Part shown: positions 24,983 through 27,850 of the stretch, in pieces
Position numbering within the stretch: position 1 is the first letter of the stretch
Layout: every line of letters begins with the position of its first letter
Source of the DNA: Chthoniobacteraceae bacterium
GTDB taxonomy: Bacteria; Verrucomicrobiota; Verrucomicrobiia; Chthoniobacterales; Chthoniobacteraceae
Assembly: GCA_031409335.1 (NCBI GenBank)
Contig: JANNWY010000154.1
Location: forward strand, 1-27,850
DNA: 27,850 nt
Reading direction: 5' to 3'
Notes under the pieces: generated by a model
Seen by the model: the letters and a program-made list of their open reading frames with translations, nothing else
What the model was told of the DNA's origin: nothing
The model's database searches: none
Program-made: the position numbers and the translations under genes

Positions 24983-27850
24983 ATGTCTAAAGATCGTATC
25001 GCCATCATCGGCATTGGCTGCCGTTTCCCCGGTGGAATCAATGACTCCCACGCCTTTTGGAAACTCCTCGTCGAGGGGCGCGAGGCGGTGGGGGAAATCC
25101 CGGCGGATCGCTGGAACGTGGAGCGCTTTTTTGACGCGGAGCCGGGGCTGGCGGGCAAGTCGATCGCGCGGCGCGGCGGATTTCTCGACAGCATCGATCA
25201 GTTCGATCCGCAGTTTTTCGGCATCTCGCCGCGCGAGGCGCCCTACGTCGATCCGCAGCAGCGGCTGCTGCTCGAGACGGCGTGGGAGGCGATGGAAGAC
25301 GCGGGGCTCGTGCTCGATCTCGAACGCGGGACCGACATCGGCGTGTTCGTCGGCATCTCGCACAACGACTACCAGATCATCCAGGGCACGCCGTGGGATT
25401 CCGCCGGGATCAGCCCGCACTCGCCGACGGGAAGTGCGCACAGCATCGCGGCGAATCGCATTTCTTATTGCTTCAATCTGCGCGGCCCGAGCGTGGCGAT
25501 GGACACGGCGTGTTCGTCGGCACTGACGGCGGTCCATGCGGCGTGCGAGCACATCCGCGCGGGACGTGGCGATGTCGCTCTCGCGGGCGGCGTGACGGTG
25601 ATGATCACGCCCGGCGGGTTCATCGGATTTTCGCAGGCGTCGATGCTGTCGCCGGAGGGAAAGTGCAAGGCGTTCGATGCGGCGGCCAACGGCTTCGTGC
25701 GCGGCGAGGGCGCGGGGATGGTGCTTTTGAAAAGGCTCGATCAGGCGCTCGCAGACGGCGATCCGATCCACGGCGTCATTGTCGGCACGTCGATCAATCA
25801 GGACGGCCACACGAACGGCATCTCGCTCCCGAGCACCGAGGCGCAGGCGCGGCTCGTGCGCGACGCGTGCGCGGATGCGGGCATCGCGCCGTCGCAGATC
25901 AGCTTTGTCGAAGCGCACGGGACGGGCACGGCGGTCGGTGACCCGATCGAGGCGCACGCGCTCGCGGAGGCGCTCTGCGTCGATCGCCCGGCGAATGCGC
26001 CGCTGCCCATCGGTTCAGTCAAAACGAATCTCGGCCACTTGGAAACCGCCGCGGGCATCGCTGGTCTGGTCAAGGCCGTGCTCGCGCTCCAGCACCGCCA
26101 GATCCCGGCGAGTCTGCATTTTGAAAAGCCGAATCCGCACATCGATTTCGCCGCGCTGAAACTCCGCGTGCCGGTCGCGCTGGAGCCTTTCCCCGAGAGC
26201 GACGGACCGCTTTTCGTCGGCGTGAATTCCTTCGGTTTCGGCGGCGCGAACGCGCACGTCATTCTCGAGGAGCCGCCGCTGCGCGCTCACGCGGAAAATC
26301 CCGACACGCTGACCGAGCGCGCGTGGCCCATCGTGCTCTCCGCGCGCTCCGAGGAAGCACTGCGCGGGTCCGCGTTGCACCTCGCCGCATGGCTCGAAGA
26401 ACGCGCGCACGCCAACGGCAGTTCGCCCACGTTGCCCGATCTCGTTTACAGTCTCGGCGCGCGGCGCAATCACCACCCGCACCGCCTCACCGTCGTCGTG
26501 AATTCGACGAGCGAACTCGTGCAGGAACTCGACGGTTTCGCGATCAAAGAGGAAAGCCCGAAGGTCCGCGCCGGCTTCTCGCCGCGCCCGGAGCACGCGC
26601 CGCGCGTGGCCTTCGTGATGAGCGGCCAGGGCCCGCAATGGTGGGGCATGGGCCGCGAGCTGATGCGGCACGAGCCGGTCTTCCGCGAGACCATGGAGCG
26701 CTGCGCCGCGGCGATGAAACCGTATGCGCGCTTCTCCCTGCTCGAAGAACTCGGACGCACCGAGGAAACGTCGCAACTGAGCCGCACCGAGATCGCGCAG
26801 CCCGCGATTTTCGCGATGCAGGTCGCGCTGGCGGAGCTGTGGAAATCGTGGGGCGTGCAGCCGACGGCGATTGTCGGGCACAGCGTCGGCGAGATCGCGG
26901 CGGCGTGTGTCGCGGGCGTGTTCAGTTTGGAGGAAGGCGCGCGCGTCATCGCACTGCGGGCGCGCTTCATGGGCGACTGCGCGCGCGACGAAGGCACGAT
27001 GCTCGCCGTCGGTCTCGGCGAAGAAGAGGCGCGCGCGCTCATCGCCCGCCACGATCGCACCGTGACGATCGCCGCCTTCAACGGCCCGCGCTCGCTGACC
27101 CTCGCGGGCGCCCGCATTTCCCTCGAAGCCATGCTCGCCGAGTTGGAGCCGCAGGGCGTGTTCGCGCGGCTCGTGCGCGTCGATCATCCTTTCCACCACC
27201 CGCTGATGCAGCCGGCTTCCGAGCAGCTCGAGGAAGCGCTCGCGGACCTCGAATCGCAGCCCGACACGACCCCGTTTTTCAGCACTGTGAGCGGCGACCG
27301 CTGCCCCGGCGCAACGTGCGATGCGGCCCACTGGGGACGCGGCGTGCGGCAGCCCGTGCAGTTTGCGGCGGCGGTGAAAGCGCTCGCGGATTTCGGCGTG
27401 GATGTGTGGCTGGAAATCGGGGCGCATCCCGCCCTCGTGCATTCGATCCAGGAATGTCTCGCGGCTGGCGGCGGCAAGCCGGTGGTGCTCTCGTCGGCGC
27501 GTCGCGAACGCGAGCACGAGTCGCTTTTGGAAACCGCGATGGATTTGCACCGCGCTTGCGTGGCGCTGGATTTCGCGGCGATGACGCCCTCGCGCCGCCT
27601 GCTCGCGCTGCCCGCCTACGCGTGGGACAAAAGCCGCTGGTGGAATGAAGCGAGCGACTGGCGCGATGGCCGTCTTGGCACGGGCGGCAAGGGCCTGCTC
27701 GACATCCGCCTGCCGCGCGCGACGCCGACCTGGACGGCGCGGCTCGATGGCCGCCACATGGCTTTCCTCAAGGATCACAAAGTGGACAGCCACGTCATTT
27801 TTCCCGCCGCGGCGTTTGTCGATATGGTGCTGGAGGCGGGCGTGCAGTTG
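24983..27850 (+). CDS. Type I polyketide synthase, KS-AT-DH..., 3' truncated by window end
   Basis: Manual translation MSKDRIAIIGIGCRFPGG...; same-frame DPQQRLLLE, DTACSS (Cys 25511), HGTGT (25916), KTNLGHLE, GQGPQW, GHSVG (26876), HPFH (27185) and DH motif DHKVDSHVIFP (His 27776). Missing from the ORF track because there is no stop in the window. Confidence 0.97.
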   Translation, partial: MSKDRIAIIGIGCRFPGGINDSHAFWKLLVEGREAVGEIPADRWNVERFFDAEPGLAGKSIARRGGFLDSIDQFDPQFFGISPREAPYVDPQQRLLLETAWEAMEDAGLVLDLERGTDIGVFVGISHNDYQIIQGTPWDSAGISPHSPTGSAHSIAANRISYCFNLRGPSVAMDTACSSALTAVHAACEHIRAGRGDVALAGGVTVMITPGGFIGFSQASMLSPEGKCKAFDAAANGFVRGEGAGMVLLKRLDQALADGDPIHGVIVGTSINQDGHTNGISLPSTEAQARLVRDACADAGIAPSQISFVEAHGTGTAVGDPIEAHALAEALCVDRPANAPLPIGSVKTNLGHLETAAGIAGLVKAVLALQHRQIPASLHFEKPNPHIDFAALKLRVPVALEPFPESDGPLFVGVNSFGFGGANAHVILEEPPLRAHAENPDTLTERAWPIVLSARSEEALRGSALHLAAWLEERAHANGSSPTLPDLVYSLGARRNHHPHRLTVVVNSTSELVQELDGFAIKEESPKVRAGFSPRPEHAPRVAFVMSGQGPQWWGMGRELMRHEPVFRETMERCAAAMKPYARFSLLEELGRTEETSQLSRTEIAQPAIFAMQVALAELWKSWGVQPTAIVGHSVGEIAAACVAGVFSLEEGARVIALRARFMGDCARDEGTMLAVGLGEEEARALIARHDRTVTIAAFNGPRSLTLAGARISLEAMLAELEPQGVFARLVRVDHPFHHPLMQPASEQLEEALADLESQPDTTPFFSTVSGDRCPGATCDAAHWGRGVRQPVQFAAAVKALADFGVDVWLEIGAHPALVHSIQECLAAGGGKPVVLSSARREREHESLLETAMDLHRACVALDFAAMTPSRRLLALPAYAWDKSRWWNEASDWRDGRLGTGGKGLLDIRLPRATPTWTARLDGRHMAFLKDHKVDSHVIFPAAAFVDMVLEAGVQL

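Noticed and set aside
24977..27793. Long ORFs 24977-25957 (-), 26015-27793 (-), 26323-27648 (+)
   Set aside because: Shadows or alternative frames of the PKS, whose true frame starts at 24983.
1..27850. CRISPR array, rRNA or retron/RT locus
   Set aside because: No regularly spaced direct repeats, rRNA-like sequence or reverse-transcriptase motifs were seen.

Overview
GC-rich bacterial window; gene content and intergenic repeat style suggest Verrucomicrobiota (inference). Left to right: the 3' end of an IS3-family element, a nested palindrome, a secreted YWTD-propeller protein, a PQQ/BamB-like propeller protein, an orphan gene tail, and a multiply broken beta-propeller pseudogene. Next is a tight four-gene minus-strand operon (metallophosphoesterase, clostripain/C11 protease, CHAT-like plus transglutaminase-like fusion, alpha/beta hydrolase) beside a decayed ISKra4-like element and tRNA-Glu(TTC). 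Then come a PlpD-like patatin-Omp85 protein, a membrane protein, a lipoprotein amidase, a TPR-like protein, an AsnB-type amidotransferase, a TcmP plus radical SAM pair, and the 5' part of a type I PKS (KS-AT-DH) that runs off the window and is absent from the ORF track. The best candidate for an undescribed system is the four-gene operon at 6257-12928: apparently cytoplasmic enzymes with shared Arg-rich linker motifs (KRRGL, RRSGA), consistent with a proteolysis-activated conflict or anti-phage cascade. All family calls come from motif recognition by eye; no searches were run.
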